Below the pieces are notes generated by a model. The model saw only the letters and a program-made list of their open reading frames with translations. It had not been told where the DNA came from and searched no databases. A stretch of DNA of 64,000 nt from Candidatus Krumholzibacteriales bacterium (lineage in GTDB: Bacteria > Krumholzibacteriota > Krumholzibacteriia > Krumholzibacteriales > WJIX01): assembly GCA_046483305.1 (NCBI GenBank), contig JAWODM010000068.1, positions 1 through 64,000 on the forward strand, read 5' to 3'. The position numbers were made by a program, and so were the translations under genes. Shown piece after piece: positions 50,006 to 60,846 of this stretch (the stretch's first letter is position 1; the number at the start of each line of letters is the position of its first letter).

Positions 50006-51903
50006 AGATGTTCTCCTTCCCGTTTGCCCGCCTGCGGCTCCAGCTGTTTTGCCAGCTGCATGTATTTTCGCCTGACCCTGTCCAGATATGGATCTGACGG
50101 GTAGCGGTCTATAACCGTTCTCAACAGTTCCAGAGCTTCCCCCGGCCTTTCCCCGGCTATCATGTCCGCAATCAGCTCCATACCCCGGGGAGCGTAAATG
50201 CTGTTGGGGTAATCCTCGCTCATGGCGGCCAGCTCTCTCTCCGCTTCAGCTTCTCTCCCGCCGGCAATCTTCAGCCTGCCGCTCCACAGAATGGCGTACG
50301 GCGCCAGGGGCGAATTGGGGTATTTTCCGGCAATCAGCGATAGGGTATCGGCAGCTCTTCCCGCCCGTCCACCGGCTTCCAGCAGGCTGGCTGAAGCTAT
50401 CAGGTCCAGAACTCTGTTATCTCCGCTCCTGAGCCCTTTTTTTATCACTATCGCCATATCCAGGGCGTCGTTGGAGCTTTCTCCGGACGGCCTCTGTCTG
50501 GCCGCTTCGGCAAACTTCTCCGCGGCTTCTTCGTACCTGCCCGAATACAGCAGCTTCTCTGATAACCGGTAGAGCGCTTCCGAGGACACTTCGGGATCTC
50601 TCCCGCCGGCAAGTTCTTCAAGCTCTTTCTCGGCCTCCCCGCATTCTCGGCAGAGCGCGTAAGCTCTGGCCTTCAGAATCATACTCTCCTTTTTGAGGCC
50701 TCTCTGCCTCCAGCCCTCCGGGCGGCTGAGTATCCTCACCGCTTCGGACGGCCTTCTCCTGCCCTCCAGCTCTATCCTGGCCATCAGCAGGAGGGCTTTT
50801 TCCTCATACGGCTTGCCGAACCTGTGGTGAGGAATCTGAGATACGGTATTGAAGGCCTGGTCCATCCGGGCCTGATCGTTTTCCCTCGCCGCCTGCCTGA
50901 ACATCAGCTCCGCCTTTTCCAGAAGAAACCGCGGGGCCATTCTGTTATCCCCGTACTCTTCTATGAAACGGTCAAGGACCGCGCCCTGGAACCGCTCGAT
51001 CTCCCTGCCGGCCTCTCCGGCGCCGGCCAGGCTTAGAAGGGAAATAAATGACATATACTGAGATCCCTCCTCGCAGTCCGCCTCCCGGATGACCTTCGAA
51101 GCCCTGTCGAAGTCGCCGGATATGGCGAACAGCGCCGTCTTCATAAGGTCAGGCATGCAGGTTTGATTCCCCAGAGACGCGCTTATCGAATCGACTTTTG
51201 AGATGAGCGCGCTGTCCTTTCCGGCCTCCCTGTATATTTCGACCAGCCGGTCGGCGTTTCTTATGTTCTTCAGCGGTTTTCTCAGAAGCCGTTCCAGTTC
51301 GTCTCTGAATGCGTCCCGGGGGCGGTTCATCAGTCTTTCCCACCTGACGATCCTGCTCATGTAAACCTGATAAAAGGCGCCGTGCCGGGTTCCTTCGCGG
51401 AGAAGCCGCAGCGCCCTGTCGTACCTGCCGGAATCCCAGAACAGCTGCGCCACCTCGTCATAGAACTTCCCCTCTTCCGGCTCTACCTCCAGGATACGGA
51501 GCCAGACCTTTTCCGCCGATTCCGGGTCTCCCATCTCCATGTACACCCCTCCCAGAGCCCTGAGGTGGCGGTAATCCTCCCGCCCCCGGTCAATTCTCCT
51601 CTCCAGGAGGCCGGCTGCCTTATCCGGGTTCCCGCTCTTGACGTAGGCGGTTACCAGAAGCTGCCAGATAATCTCTCTTTCTCTGTCCTCCTGGTACAGC
51701 GGCTCCAGCATATCAACCGCCTCAGGGGCATTCCCCTCTCTGATCAGCCGTTCGGCCAGCATCAGCTTTATCTCTAGGTCGCCCCCCGCCTGCTTTCCGG
51801 CATCCTCCTGAGCGCCGGCGGCAAGGGCAAAGGATACTGCCACTATTACCGCCGCCAGAACGGCTCTCCTGTATATACAAGCTGGCCTGCAGCCCATGGT
51901 CAT
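50002..51903 (-). CDS. Secreted TPR-repeat protein
   Basis: Signal peptide, multiple TPRs, YPNS-type turns. Confidence 0.8.
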   Translation of the reverse strand: MTMGCRPACIYRRAVLAAVIVAVSFALAAGAQEDAGKQAGGDLEIKLMLAERLIREGNAPEAVDMLEPLYQEDREREIIWQLLVTAYVKSGNPDKAAGLLERRIDRGREDYRHLRALGGVYMEMGDPESAEKVWLRILEVEPEEGKFYDEVAQLFWDSGRYDRALRLLREGTRHGAFYQVYMSRIVRWERLMNRPRDAFRDELERLLRKPLKNIRNADRLVEIYREAGKDSALISKVDSISASLGNQTCMPDLMKTALFAISGDFDRASKVIREADCEEGSQYMSFISLLSLAGAGEAGREIERFQGAVLDRFIEEYGDNRMAPRFLLEKAELMFRQAARENDQARMDQAFNTVSQIPHHRFGKPYEEKALLLMARIELEGRRRPSEAVRILSRPEGWRQRGLKKESMILKARAYALCRECGEAEKELEELAGGRDPEVSSEALYRLSEKLLYSGRYEEAAEKFAEAARQRPSGESSNDALDMAIVIKKGLRSGDNRVLDLIASASLLEAGGRAGRAADTLSLIAGKYPNSPLAPYAILWSGRLKIAGGREAEAERELAAMSEDYPNSIYAPRGMELIADMIAGERPGEALELLRTVIDRYPSDPYLDRVRRKYMQLAKQLEPQAGKREGEHL

Positions 51904-54900
51904 TATTCGCTTCCCTCCCTGATCCTCTCCGAAAGAGCCCGGAAATACAGTTTGATGAGCTCCCGGTATTCCCGCGGCCCCTTCTCACGCATCGCTTCTC
52001 TTATCATCCTCAGCAGCTCTTCCTCTTCCTTCTTGTCAGCCTCATATACTTCCTTCTCCCGGCCCCACACGAAATCGGAGCTTCTGCTGCTCCGCTCTCT
52101 CTTGTAATCCCGCCTGTTGATGGAGCGCTGGGCCTGAAGCATCCTGCTCAAAATCCTGTTTTCCCTGTCCATCAGATCGCTGTCCAGCCTCCCCTGCTCC
52201 ATGGCGGCCGCCACGCTGTCCATCTCCCCGGAAAGCCCGGTAATGTCGCCCAGCAGGTCATCATTTCCCCCGCTCTCTTTCTCCATCTGCTTCATCAGTT
52301 CTTCCAGCCTGCGCTGCTTTGCCGCAATTCTTGCCATCCCGGACCTCTCCTCCATGTCAAGGCCGGCCCGGTTCCCGTTCATGTACATCTCCCTCAGGCT
52401 GTTATCAATGGAAAACTGCTGTTTCATCATTCCGGTCATCTTCTTTTTCATCCCCCCGCCGGAACCGCTCTGGGATGAAGAAGCCTTCAGCATCTCCATA
52501 ACCGCCCTGTTAATCCCTGTCATCGCCCGTTCGGCATAAGTTCTCTCTCCAGGGTCTCTCATATTTTCTGAGGCGCTGAGAACCCTGTCTATACTGGCCG
52601 AGACCGAACCGAGCTGGAGGAATACGTTTCTGAGACTGAAAGCGGCTCCGCTGAATGCCTGGTGCAGGTTTTCGGTGACCCGCCTTACCGCCCCCTTAAC
52701 CACCAGCTGCCTGTCGATCAGTTCCCGGCGGGATCTGCTCTTTCCGAAACCCTTCAGAACCTCCTCCTGTATCCTGGATGCCTGTATCAGCTCTCCCGCG
52801 GCTCTCTCCACCGCCTCCATCATCTTTTCATCCATCTGCATATTCATATTCATCTGGCAGTTTCCCATACAGGTGTAGAGGTTGAGCATATCCCCCACCG
52901 TTTTGCTCTGGGTACAGGTGGCGCTGTCCCTGTTCTCCCTGCTCATCTGTCCCGCCGCTTCCTTCATCAGGGAATCGATATCGGAAGCCCCGGACCTGGC
53001 AATCAGCTCCTCCAGCCCCTCCTGATCCTTCTTCGCAAACTCGGACAGCTCCTTCTCGAAATCCTCCGCCTCCTCTCCCAGCTTCTTCTGATCATCCGAG
53101 AGTTCGCTGAGGTCTCCGGTCCGGGAAGAATCCCGGAGCCGCTTCTGCTTATCCAGCATATCCTCCATTCTGCGCATCAGCGCCTCCATCTGCTCCTCGC
53201 GCCTGATATCCTTGAGGTACTTGATAGCCCTGTCCATGTTCCTCATCATGTCTTCCATGGAGCTTTCAACCTGGTCCATGGCAGAGTTGATTTCCTTCTC
53301 CGACAGCTCATCCATTATGCTGTTCATTCTCTCGATCATCTCGGCGAGCCTGCGGTTCTCAATCCGGGAAAGCAGATCCCGTATCTGCTCCAGTTTCTTT
53401 CCTATCTGCATTGATGTCATTCTGTTCTGCTGCAGGGTATTAAGCGATTTCTCGAAGCCGGAGACCACCTCGGAAGCCTTCTCCCGAAGCTCACGGTATT
53501 TCCTTACCAGCTCTTCCCCCTCCTTCTTCTTCGCCCAGTTCATTTCTCCTTCTGACTTGAACTTCATGGACAGTTCCCGCAGTTTCTCCCTTATCTCCTC
53601 TCCCTGCTCGTATATATCCTCCAGCCCGCTGCTCCGGTTCTGTTCCTGCTCCCGGTACTGAGCGTACATCCGGGAGAGCGAAGGAACCAGCAGATACCTG
53701 GTCTCGGTGCGGGTACGGCCCGGGCCGGTCAAAGAGTTGTTATCCAGGGCCTCCAGATAGTAGAGTACCCTGTCGCCCGGCATTATATCGATACCCTCCA
53801 GCGACCAGGAGTAACTCTCCTCCAGCTCATCAACCGGCGTTTTTCCCTGCCTGAACAGCGGCTGCTTCCTGAAATCCTTATCCCTGTCCGCTTTTTTATA
53901 CAGCAGATTTACTTCCGAGAGCGCGAAGTCGTCATCGGCGCTGTAATGCAGATCGACCAGCATCGACCTGGGTAGATATTCGCCGGATGGCGGGTATTCT
54001 ATCTCCACGCCGGGAGGAAGGTCCTCCAGTACCTCCAGGGGGTAGATAACCTTCCGCCGGCTGGAGTACCCCAGCGTGTCGGTCACCCGTACCGAGAAGG
54101 TGTCCCGGCCGGAAGCGGTGAAAGACACCCTGAAACTGCTGCCTCCGGTCCTCAGGGGCATTTCCTTCCCTGAAGAAAAGAGAATCTTTCCCCCCCCCAG
54201 GGGCTTGCTGGCCTCGCCCTCCACAGTGATTTCGGTTCCCTGCAGAGCGCTCAGCCTCCCGGCAAGCATATCTATATCCTGTTTTTCCATTCCGGTATAA
54301 GAAGGATACCTCAGCTCGGCTCCTATCCTGTTTATTACCGGCCGGCGAATCACATCCACCCTGGAGGTGTCTGTTGAACCGTCCTCGGAGCTGAAATAAT
54401 ATTCAAATCCAGAACCCGGATCTTCAAATCTTCTCCGGTAGGCCGCCATCGGCAGCCCCCCGGCGGTCACCGTATCCGGGCTCATCCGCTGTTCTCTCCA
54501 GATACCGTCAGCAGACCTGGTCCTGAGGAAAACATCCCCTCCGCCTGAACCGAACTGTATCCCCTCCACCTGCAGGGGGGTCCCTTCCAATATCCGGATA
54601 TCACCGGGCCGGACCAGGATGTTCGATCCTCCCTCTGATCTGAAAGAGATACCGGGATCGGTAATCATAGCGGCCAGCTCCGCTGTTCCCTCCGGAGCAA
54701 ACATTGCCAGCAGGATCATGGGAATGCAGAGCAGCGCCGCAGCGGCGGTCCAGCCAGGCCTTCCCTCTCTGATGAATGGCTTCCGCCGGTGAAGCCGGCC
54801 CAGCCTGCCCGCGGCCGCCCGGATGGTCCGGTCAATCAGATAGGGGGAATAATCGCCCCCTCCGCGTGAAAATTCTTCGGCGGAGCGGACCAGAGACCTG

Positions 54901-55205
54901 TAGCTTCCCGTCCTGGCGTCCAGAATCGCCGCCAGCCTCCTTCTTCCGGCCGGGCGGAAATAACCGGGGATAAAAACTGCCGCCAGAGCGGCCGCTATCC
55001 CCGCCCAGAAGAAGGCAAAGGAAAAGATGGGGAACAGGGTCAGCTCTCCCCAGAACGCGTGCAGGATCCTCAGCAGCAGAAACATGAACAGAGCGGCGGC
55101 TGCCAGCACCGAGACCATCCCCCTGATCAGGGCGCGCCTTCTTTCAGCGGCAAGCCTGTCCATCCAGCGGATGAAATTGCCTGTCTGTTCCTTTTTCGCC
55201 ATCAC
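51903..55205 (-). CDS. DUF4175-like membrane protein with long coiled-coil C-terminus
   Basis: Three N-terminal TMs, YPSYTG, ADDDFAL, YYLEALDNN..GP, ILSRML, C-terminal YFRAL. Confidence 0.75.
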   Translation of the reverse strand: MMAKKEQTGNFIRWMDRLAAERRRALIRGMVSVLAAAALFMFLLLRILHAFWGELTLFPIFSFAFFWAGIAAALAAVFIPGYFRPAGRRRLAAILDARTGSYRSLVRSAEEFSRGGGDYSPYLIDRTIRAAAGRLGRLHRRKPFIREGRPGWTAAAALLCIPMILLAMFAPEGTAELAAMITDPGISFRSEGGSNILVRPGDIRILEGTPLQVEGIQFGSGGGDVFLRTRSADGIWREQRMSPDTVTAGGLPMAAYRRRFEDPGSGFEYYFSSEDGSTDTSRVDVIRRPVINRIGAELRYPSYTGMEKQDIDMLAGRLSALQGTEITVEGEASKPLGGGKILFSSGKEMPLRTGGSSFRVSFTASGRDTFSVRVTDTLGYSSRRKVIYPLEVLEDLPPGVEIEYPPSGEYLPRSMLVDLHYSADDDFALSEVNLLYKKADRDKDFRKQPLFRQGKTPVDELEESYSWSLEGIDIMPGDRVLYYLEALDNNSLTGPGRTRTETRYLLVPSLSRMYAQYREQEQNRSSGLEDIYEQGEEIREKLRELSMKFKSEGEMNWAKKKEGEELVRKYRELREKASEVVSGFEKSLNTLQQNRMTSMQIGKKLEQIRDLLSRIENRRLAEMIERMNSIMDELSEKEINSAMDQVESSMEDMMRNMDRAIKYLKDIRREEQMEALMRRMEDMLDKQKRLRDSSRTGDLSELSDDQKKLGEEAEDFEKELSEFAKKDQEGLEELIARSGASDIDSLMKEAAGQMSRENRDSATCTQSKTVGDMLNLYTCMGNCQMNMNMQMDEKMMEAVERAAGELIQASRIQEEVLKGFGKSRSRRELIDRQLVVKGAVRRVTENLHQAFSGAAFSLRNVFLQLGSVSASIDRVLSASENMRDPGERTYAERAMTGINRAVMEMLKASSSQSGSGGGMKKKMTGMMKQQFSIDNSLREMYMNGNRAGLDMEERSGMARIAAKQRRLEELMKQMEKESGGNDDLLGDITGLSGEMDSVAAAMEQGRLDSDLMDRENRILSRMLQAQRSINRRDYKRERSSRSSDFVWGREKEVYEADKKEEEELLRMIREAMREKGPREYRELIKLYFRALSERIREGSE

Positions 55206-55222
55206 CTTTCTGCCTTCTTTCC

Positions 55223-55906
55223 CTAACGGGTAAGAGCGTAATAAAGTATATTTACCGCCATCCTGACCGCCTGTTCTCTGAGTTCGGGGGGATCTCCATG
55301 AACCGGCTGATCCTCCAGCCCGTCTCCGATGTCGCTCTCATAAGTATAAAACAGAATAAGCCTGCTTCCGTCAAATACCCCCAGGCCCATCGGCGGCTTG
55401 CCGTCATGTTCATGGATTTTGGGGACCCCTTTCATATCGTACACACAGTGGTATATCGGATGGGAGAAGGGGACCTGGGCCAGCTTCCTTTCCGGGAAAA
55501 GCCTTCGTACCATCCGCCGGAAGGAGCTGTCCATTCCGTAATTATCATCGGCGTACAGAAATCCGCCGCTCAATAGATGGTTTCTCAGGGCGTTTATCTC
55601 TTCCGGGGTTAATTCCATGTTCCCGTGGCCGGTCATATAGAGAAAAGGGTAACGGTATAGCTCCGGGGAGGAAAGGGTTACCACCTTTTCGCTGGATGAG
55701 GTCTCAATGCCGGTCCTCTGCCTGAACTCGCTCAGCAGATTTGGCAGCGAGGAGGGATCGCTGTACCAGTCCCCCCCTCCCCCGTATTTTACTCTGGCCA
55801 CGTTCAACCTGGCCTCATCAGGGACGCCTTCCCCTGATAAGGCAGGCGCCAGGATAAAAAGAGCGGCCGCGGCCGCTGTGATCATCTTTATCTTTTCCAT
55901 GGTCAT
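55223..55906 (-). CDS. DUF4159 domain protein
   Basis: KYGGGGDWY, YPFLYMTGHG, GGFLYADD, NILYYAL; start ATG 55906 or 55900. Confidence 0.88.
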   Translation of the reverse strand: MTMEKIKMITAAAAALFILAPALSGEGVPDEARLNVARVKYGGGGDWYSDPSSLPNLLSEFRQRTGIETSSSEKVVTLSSPELYRYPFLYMTGHGNMELTPEEINALRNHLLSGGFLYADDNYGMDSSFRRMVRRLFPERKLAQVPFSHPIYHCVYDMKGVPKIHEHDGKPPMGLGVFDGSRLILFYTYESDIGDGLEDQPVHGDPPELREQAVRMAVNILYYALTR

Positions 55907-55917
55907 CTCTCTCAATG

Positions 55918-58900
55918 CTAATCGCTGCTGCCGGTATCCAGAGGCAGGTCTACCACCGCTTCCACGCCGGTTCCCTCTTCCCTGTTGCGCAGAGTTATCC
56001 CTCCGTCCATCTGGTCCAGCAGGTTCTTGCAAATTGCCAGTCCCAGCCCGGTGCCGGTCGTCTTGGTGGAGAAGTATGGCTCGAATAGCTTTCCCATAAC
56101 CTGCCGGGACAGCCCGGCGCCATTATCCGTCACCCGTATAATACCCCTGCCTCCCTTCGCCGATACCTCTATCTCTATCTCGCCCTCTCCTTCGATAGCT
56201 TCAATAGCGTTCTCTATCAGGTTAGTGACGATCTTTCTCAGCGCTTCCCTGTCGGCCGGGACAATTGTGTCTTCTTCTCCTTCGAATCTTATCTCTATAT
56301 TATTCATACCACGGTAGGCGGCGATCTGTTCCAGCATAAATCCCCTGAGCTCTATCCGTTCGATATTGAGTTTGGAAACCCTCCCGAAACTCGAAAACTC
56401 CGACGCTATCCTCTGGAGCACGTCGGTATGTTTCATGATAGTGTCTATACTGCTGTTGAATATCTCCACGAAACCCTTGTCTCCCTTCTGGTGAGCCCGT
56501 TTCATGAACTGGGCGGAAAGTTTGATCGGAGTCAGGGGGTTCTTGACCTCATGCGCGATCTGACGGGCCATTTCCACCCAGGCGGACAGTTTCTTTGTCT
56601 CTATAAGTTCGGTAAGGTCATCGAATACTATAACCTTTCCCATCTGTTCATCCTGATTGGAGAGAGAAGTTATAACCGCCTTGATAGTCCTTCTCTCGCC
56701 TTCCACTTCCAGAACGACTTCCCTCTCCTCGCTGCCTGCCGCCTCCACGTTAAACAGGGAGAAGAATCTTTCCAGGCCCTTCCTCTCTATCATGGAGGGC
56801 CTCTGCCCCACTATCTCTTCGTGAAGAATATTCAGGATCCTCTCTCCTGCCGGATTAAGGGTCATTATCCTCCCGTCGCTCCCCGAAGATATTACCCCGG
56901 TGCCGATATTGTCCATCACCGTGGTCAGGTATTTCTGCCTCTCCATCAATTTCTCCCGGGCAGATGACAGCGCCGATGTCATGGAGTTGAAAGATTCCAC
57001 GAACTGGCCTATCTCATCAGGCGCTTCCGCCTCCAGCCTGAACTCCAGGTCGCCTTCCATAATCCTGCCTGTTCCCTCCCTGAGCTGAGCTATCGGCCTG
57101 AATATCTTCTCGGCGAGGAATACCCCCAGCGTAACCGCCAGGGCGAACAGAAGGGCCAGCACTCCCAGAAGAAGCCCGAAGGTCTTATCCTTCTCTCTCT
57201 GGACCAGGGCCGGCTGATAGATCATGGGAACCGACAGAACTGCCGGCTCGGAGCCCCTCAGCGGTTCCACCGGAACACTGGCAACCTGGTAGGAATACTC
57301 CCCCACCGACTCCCTGCTGATATCTATTTCGCTTCCCCCCAGTCCGACATCCAGAAAAAGGGTTGGCGAAAGCAGAGAACTGAGGAACCCTGCCGAAAAC
57401 AGGTCTCTCTGGCTGGAGGCCTTCAGGACGCCCCTGTAATACAGATTCACATCCTTTCCCAGCACCCGGGATATCCCCTCCGCAAATTCATCATCCAGAA
57501 TTCTCCGGTAGTAGAGGTACCCCTTACCCCCCGAAGGTATGGCAATGGGGATCACCACTCCTCCGAAAACATTGGGCGGAGCGTAGGTGGCGGTAACTTC
57601 CTGAAGCCTTCCCCCTTCCAGGAGCTTCCCGGCGTCCGGCTGCCCGAAATTACTGAGGGACTCATCCAGGAGAACCCGGTCCTCCGTGAACAGGGTAAAG
57701 CGGGGCGCTTTCCCTATGGATACATCCCTGATCTCCGGGCGCTTCTTTCCCTTGAGTATATCGCCGAGATACTGGCTCCCCGCCAGCAGCTCCGCTTCCG
57801 ACATCAGTGAATGCTTCATCAGGGAAACCGCTCCCCGGACTCCGGTTCTTGCTTCACGGCGGGCCTCTTCCTTGTACCGGTCCTCAATGAACCGGTTGGA
57901 GAATACTCCCATTGCCGCCACCGGGATGATGGAAACCAGGAAGAAGGAAAGAAGAAGCTTCTGTTTGAATCCCAGCGCCCGCGGAAAATAAACATTGGGG
58001 GTAACGCTTCCCAGGAAGGGGAGTTTGCGAATCAGAAACAGAACAAACATTGAGAAGATGGTCAGGAACACTTCTATCGATACCAGAGTCGCCCACTCGG
58101 CGATTTTCCTTGAAATACCCTTAACCCCATATCCTGCCAGGTAGCCGTGGCCGTCAGAGCCGTAGAATATTGCCCGGTAAACCTTCTCGCCGGCTGCAAG
58201 CTCGAACCACTCTCTATCTTCGGCAGGCAGGGTTTCACCGGCGTTGAGATAGGGTGACGAAGAGGCCGCTATTCTGCCCGATTCAACCCTGGCTACCAGA
58301 AGGTCCTGCGGTTCGTCAACCCTTCTGGTCAGAGAGCCCTTCTCCCTGGCATGGAATATTTCCGGGGTCTCCGGCCCCGTTCGGGCCAGCAGTTCCGGGT
58401 TTTCATAAAAGTAGGGGATTTTTATTTCCACTCTGCCCTCCAGCCTTCCCTCGGCGCTGTAAAGGGGTGAAATGGAGTTAAAATAGAAGACCGTGCCACT
58501 TCCCGTTTCAGATTGTTCTCTCTTTACCTGGGTGCTCTGAGTAGGCCTTCCTTCTTTCTGCATCCCGTCCGTTATCTCCACCGGGATACCCAGCGAAAAG
58601 GTGGATACTCTCTCGCCTTCCCTGGTGTATACCTCAATGAGGCAGGGAAGATCGAATTTTCCCAGGCTGCTTTCAGCCCATATTTCGAAAGCCGCGGAGC
58701 TGCTCTTCGAGGAAACCTTCGAGCCATGCCTCCTGCTCTGAGATATATCAGCGTTGATTTCCGGCAGAAAGTCTTTCAGCCAGCTCTGCTCGGGGTGATT
58801 GAACTCGTAGGCCATCTCCCTGACCCGGTTCTGCTTCAACTGCTCGTAACGCTCCTCCGCGGTGCCGTAAATCAGCATGGACAGGGCAAGGACCAGGAAA

Positions 58901-60777
58901 AAGGAGGAAAACATCACCGTTATTATCTCCTCTTTCCGCAATATCGGGAAGATCCTCGCCGAGATAATCAGCAGAGCTGCCGCCGGGATGAACATCGCCG
59001 GATCGGCCCGGTGAAGCAGCACCAGCAGCAGAATTACTGCAATAACAGTCACTTTGAGTTCGCCTCCGCCCCACAGCAGTATAAGCCTGCAGGCGAATAT
59101 CAGGGTTATGAAGATTGCGGATATTGAAAACAGAAGAGCCAGGTGAAGGGAAAGCCCCGGAAGGCCGAAGAAATCGATATCGAATCCTACCAGCCGGGGA
59201 TTTGAGTTCACTACCACCCTGGACACCAGAATCGACGCCGCCAGAGTACCCAGATAGAGCAGGGCTGAAAGCAGCGCCGCCCTGCCGGCCACCTTCATCC
59301 AGCTGGCATCCCCCTGCCCGGGCAGGGACCTTTCCAGCTCGCCCGGGTAGAAGGTGCGGTAGACCTTAATCGCTCCGAACACGAATATCAGCATGAAAAA
59401 TGCGGTAATAAGAAAATCGCCGGCTGTGCGGAGGATCCCGCCGGGCATATTATCCATGAAAATCGCCGGGTCGAACAGCGCGGAGGAATCCAGTATACGG
59501 GAGGGGATCTTCAACACCAGCAGAATATACCTGATCAGGGCCAGGAAGAAAAGGAGGGCCGCCACCCTGATAATAAGATTCCAGCCTCTGTTTTTTCTTC
59601 TGCTCATCTTTACCAGGTAACCGCGATAGATCCTGACCGCCAGTACAGTGACCGTCAGGGTCAGGAGAATTCCGGCCAGAAGGGATTTTCTTTCTCCCTT
59701 GCGGCTGACCATCCGGCTGAATCTTTCTCCCTTGACCTTTAACCTGGAGAGGGGAACTCCGGTGCTGGATATTACCTTTCCGTAAATGCCCATTTCTCCG
59801 CTGGGATCGTTGAATACTATGCTGCTCCTGGCGTTATCGCCGCCGCCCGCCTGGGCGGGGCTATCTTCGTCTCGGAAGTGGAAGGTTATCCCGGCGCCTT
59901 GCTCTCCGGACAGCTCCTCCTCCAGGCTTAACTTCTGGAAATAACGGTTCTTCATCATATAATTGATCTTTACCGGAAGATCGACTACCACGGTCCCTCC
60001 GGGGAAGGACAGAGCAGTGACCATGATGGTGTAAAGCCTGGTTTTATCAGTGAATGTGCGCACACCGCTGATATCCGGACCTATCTCTTCCAGGTATGAG
60101 GGCTCTCCTCCCCAGGCGATCCTCTCTCTCCCCCTGGAATAAACCTGAATACCCAGATCTGTAAGGGGCCTGATATCCTGCGCTTTCCGGGTTGCCAGGG
60201 AATCGATCTTCCTCATCAGCTCGGCCCTCTCCATCCTGCCTATTCCATCGAGCTGAAACTCTCCGGCCATTCCGCGGGCCGTTTCGGCGGTTTTGATCAT
60301 CACCTGTTCTATATCAAGGAGTTTGCTCTCCGCCATATCATAGATATTCCTGAGACGTTCGGTCTCCTCCGCCTTCCATTCTTCTCTCCGGTAATCCGAG
60401 GGGTACATCACCGCCGCTATCCCCATTATAAGAAGAAGAGTAATAATAAGTACCGGGTCCACAGCTCTGGCGGGGGACCTGATAACCCCTTCAGCCTGCC
60501 GGTCATCCTCCCCGGAGGATACAATGCCTTCCAGAGTCCTGGGGTACCACCTCCGCTCTTTTACCGGCTTTCCCTTTCCACGTAATATCATCCTCCCCTG
60601 GGAAGGCAGAAGAATAAAAGCTATGAATCCCCCATCCACCAGGATAAACATCAGCCAGACCGGAGATGAGAGCTGGTTATTGCCAAGAGCCAGAAATGCG
60701 ACGAAGAATATCAGGCTGCCCGCAATAAAGATAAACAGGAGGGAAAAAAAGATCTTCTGCTCTTTACTGTAATCCAT
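55918..60777 (-). CDS. Very large multi-TM sensor histidine kinase (HAMP-PAS-HisKA-HATPase, NtrY-like C-terminus)
   Basis: DEIGQFVESFNSM (HAMP), NPAGERIL (PAS), ARQIAHEVKNPLTPI, NAIEA, DNGAG, GTGLGL. Confidence 0.9.
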   Translation of the reverse strand: MDYSKEQKIFFSLLFIFIAGSLIFFVAFLALGNNQLSSPVWLMFILVDGGFIAFILLPSQGRMILRGKGKPVKERRWYPRTLEGIVSSGEDDRQAEGVIRSPARAVDPVLIITLLLIMGIAAVMYPSDYRREEWKAEETERLRNIYDMAESKLLDIEQVMIKTAETARGMAGEFQLDGIGRMERAELMRKIDSLATRKAQDIRPLTDLGIQVYSRGRERIAWGGEPSYLEEIGPDISGVRTFTDKTRLYTIMVTALSFPGGTVVVDLPVKINYMMKNRYFQKLSLEEELSGEQGAGITFHFRDEDSPAQAGGGDNARSSIVFNDPSGEMGIYGKVISSTGVPLSRLKVKGERFSRMVSRKGERKSLLAGILLTLTVTVLAVRIYRGYLVKMSRRKNRGWNLIIRVAALLFFLALIRYILLVLKIPSRILDSSALFDPAIFMDNMPGGILRTAGDFLITAFFMLIFVFGAIKVYRTFYPGELERSLPGQGDASWMKVAGRAALLSALLYLGTLAASILVSRVVVNSNPRLVGFDIDFFGLPGLSLHLALLFSISAIFITLIFACRLILLWGGGELKVTVIAVILLLVLLHRADPAMFIPAAALLIISARIFPILRKEEIITVMFSSFFLVLALSMLIYGTAEERYEQLKQNRVREMAYEFNHPEQSWLKDFLPEINADISQSRRHGSKVSSKSSSAAFEIWAESSLGKFDLPCLIEVYTREGERVSTFSLGIPVEITDGMQKEGRPTQSTQVKREQSETGSGTVFYFNSISPLYSAEGRLEGRVEIKIPYFYENPELLARTGPETPEIFHAREKGSLTRRVDEPQDLLVARVESGRIAASSSPYLNAGETLPAEDREWFELAAGEKVYRAIFYGSDGHGYLAGYGVKGISRKIAEWATLVSIEVFLTIFSMFVLFLIRKLPFLGSVTPNVYFPRALGFKQKLLLSFFLVSIIPVAAMGVFSNRFIEDRYKEEARREARTGVRGAVSLMKHSLMSEAELLAGSQYLGDILKGKKRPEIRDVSIGKAPRFTLFTEDRVLLDESLSNFGQPDAGKLLEGGRLQEVTATYAPPNVFGGVVIPIAIPSGGKGYLYYRRILDDEFAEGISRVLGKDVNLYYRGVLKASSQRDLFSAGFLSSLLSPTLFLDVGLGGSEIDISRESVGEYSYQVASVPVEPLRGSEPAVLSVPMIYQPALVQREKDKTFGLLLGVLALLFALAVTLGVFLAEKIFRPIAQLREGTGRIMEGDLEFRLEAEAPDEIGQFVESFNSMTSALSSAREKLMERQKYLTTVMDNIGTGVISSGSDGRIMTLNPAGERILNILHEEIVGQRPSMIERKGLERFFSLFNVEAAGSEEREVVLEVEGERRTIKAVITSLSNQDEQMGKVIVFDDLTELIETKKLSAWVEMARQIAHEVKNPLTPIKLSAQFMKRAHQKGDKGFVEIFNSSIDTIMKHTDVLQRIASEFSSFGRVSKLNIERIELRGFMLEQIAAYRGMNNIEIRFEGEEDTIVPADREALRKIVTNLIENAIEAIEGEGEIEIEVSAKGGRGIIRVTDNGAGLSRQVMGKLFEPYFSTKTTGTGLGLAICKNLLDQMDGGITLRNREEGTGVEAVVDLPLDTGSSD

Positions 60778-60787
60778 AAGGAATCTT

Positions 60788-60846
60788 TCCGTCCTTACAG
60801 CGGGTTAAGTACGGATACGGCCAGTTCCGCTGAAAAGACTGGCATC
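60788..60846 (-). ncRNA. Putative cis-regulatory two-hairpin kissing-loop RNA
   Basis: GCCAGT/ACTGGC stem; TCCGT-A-CTTA/TAAG-G-ACGGA stem; complementary loops CAGCGG/CCGCTG; lies between TGtTACAAT and the kinase ATG. Confidence 0.65.
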
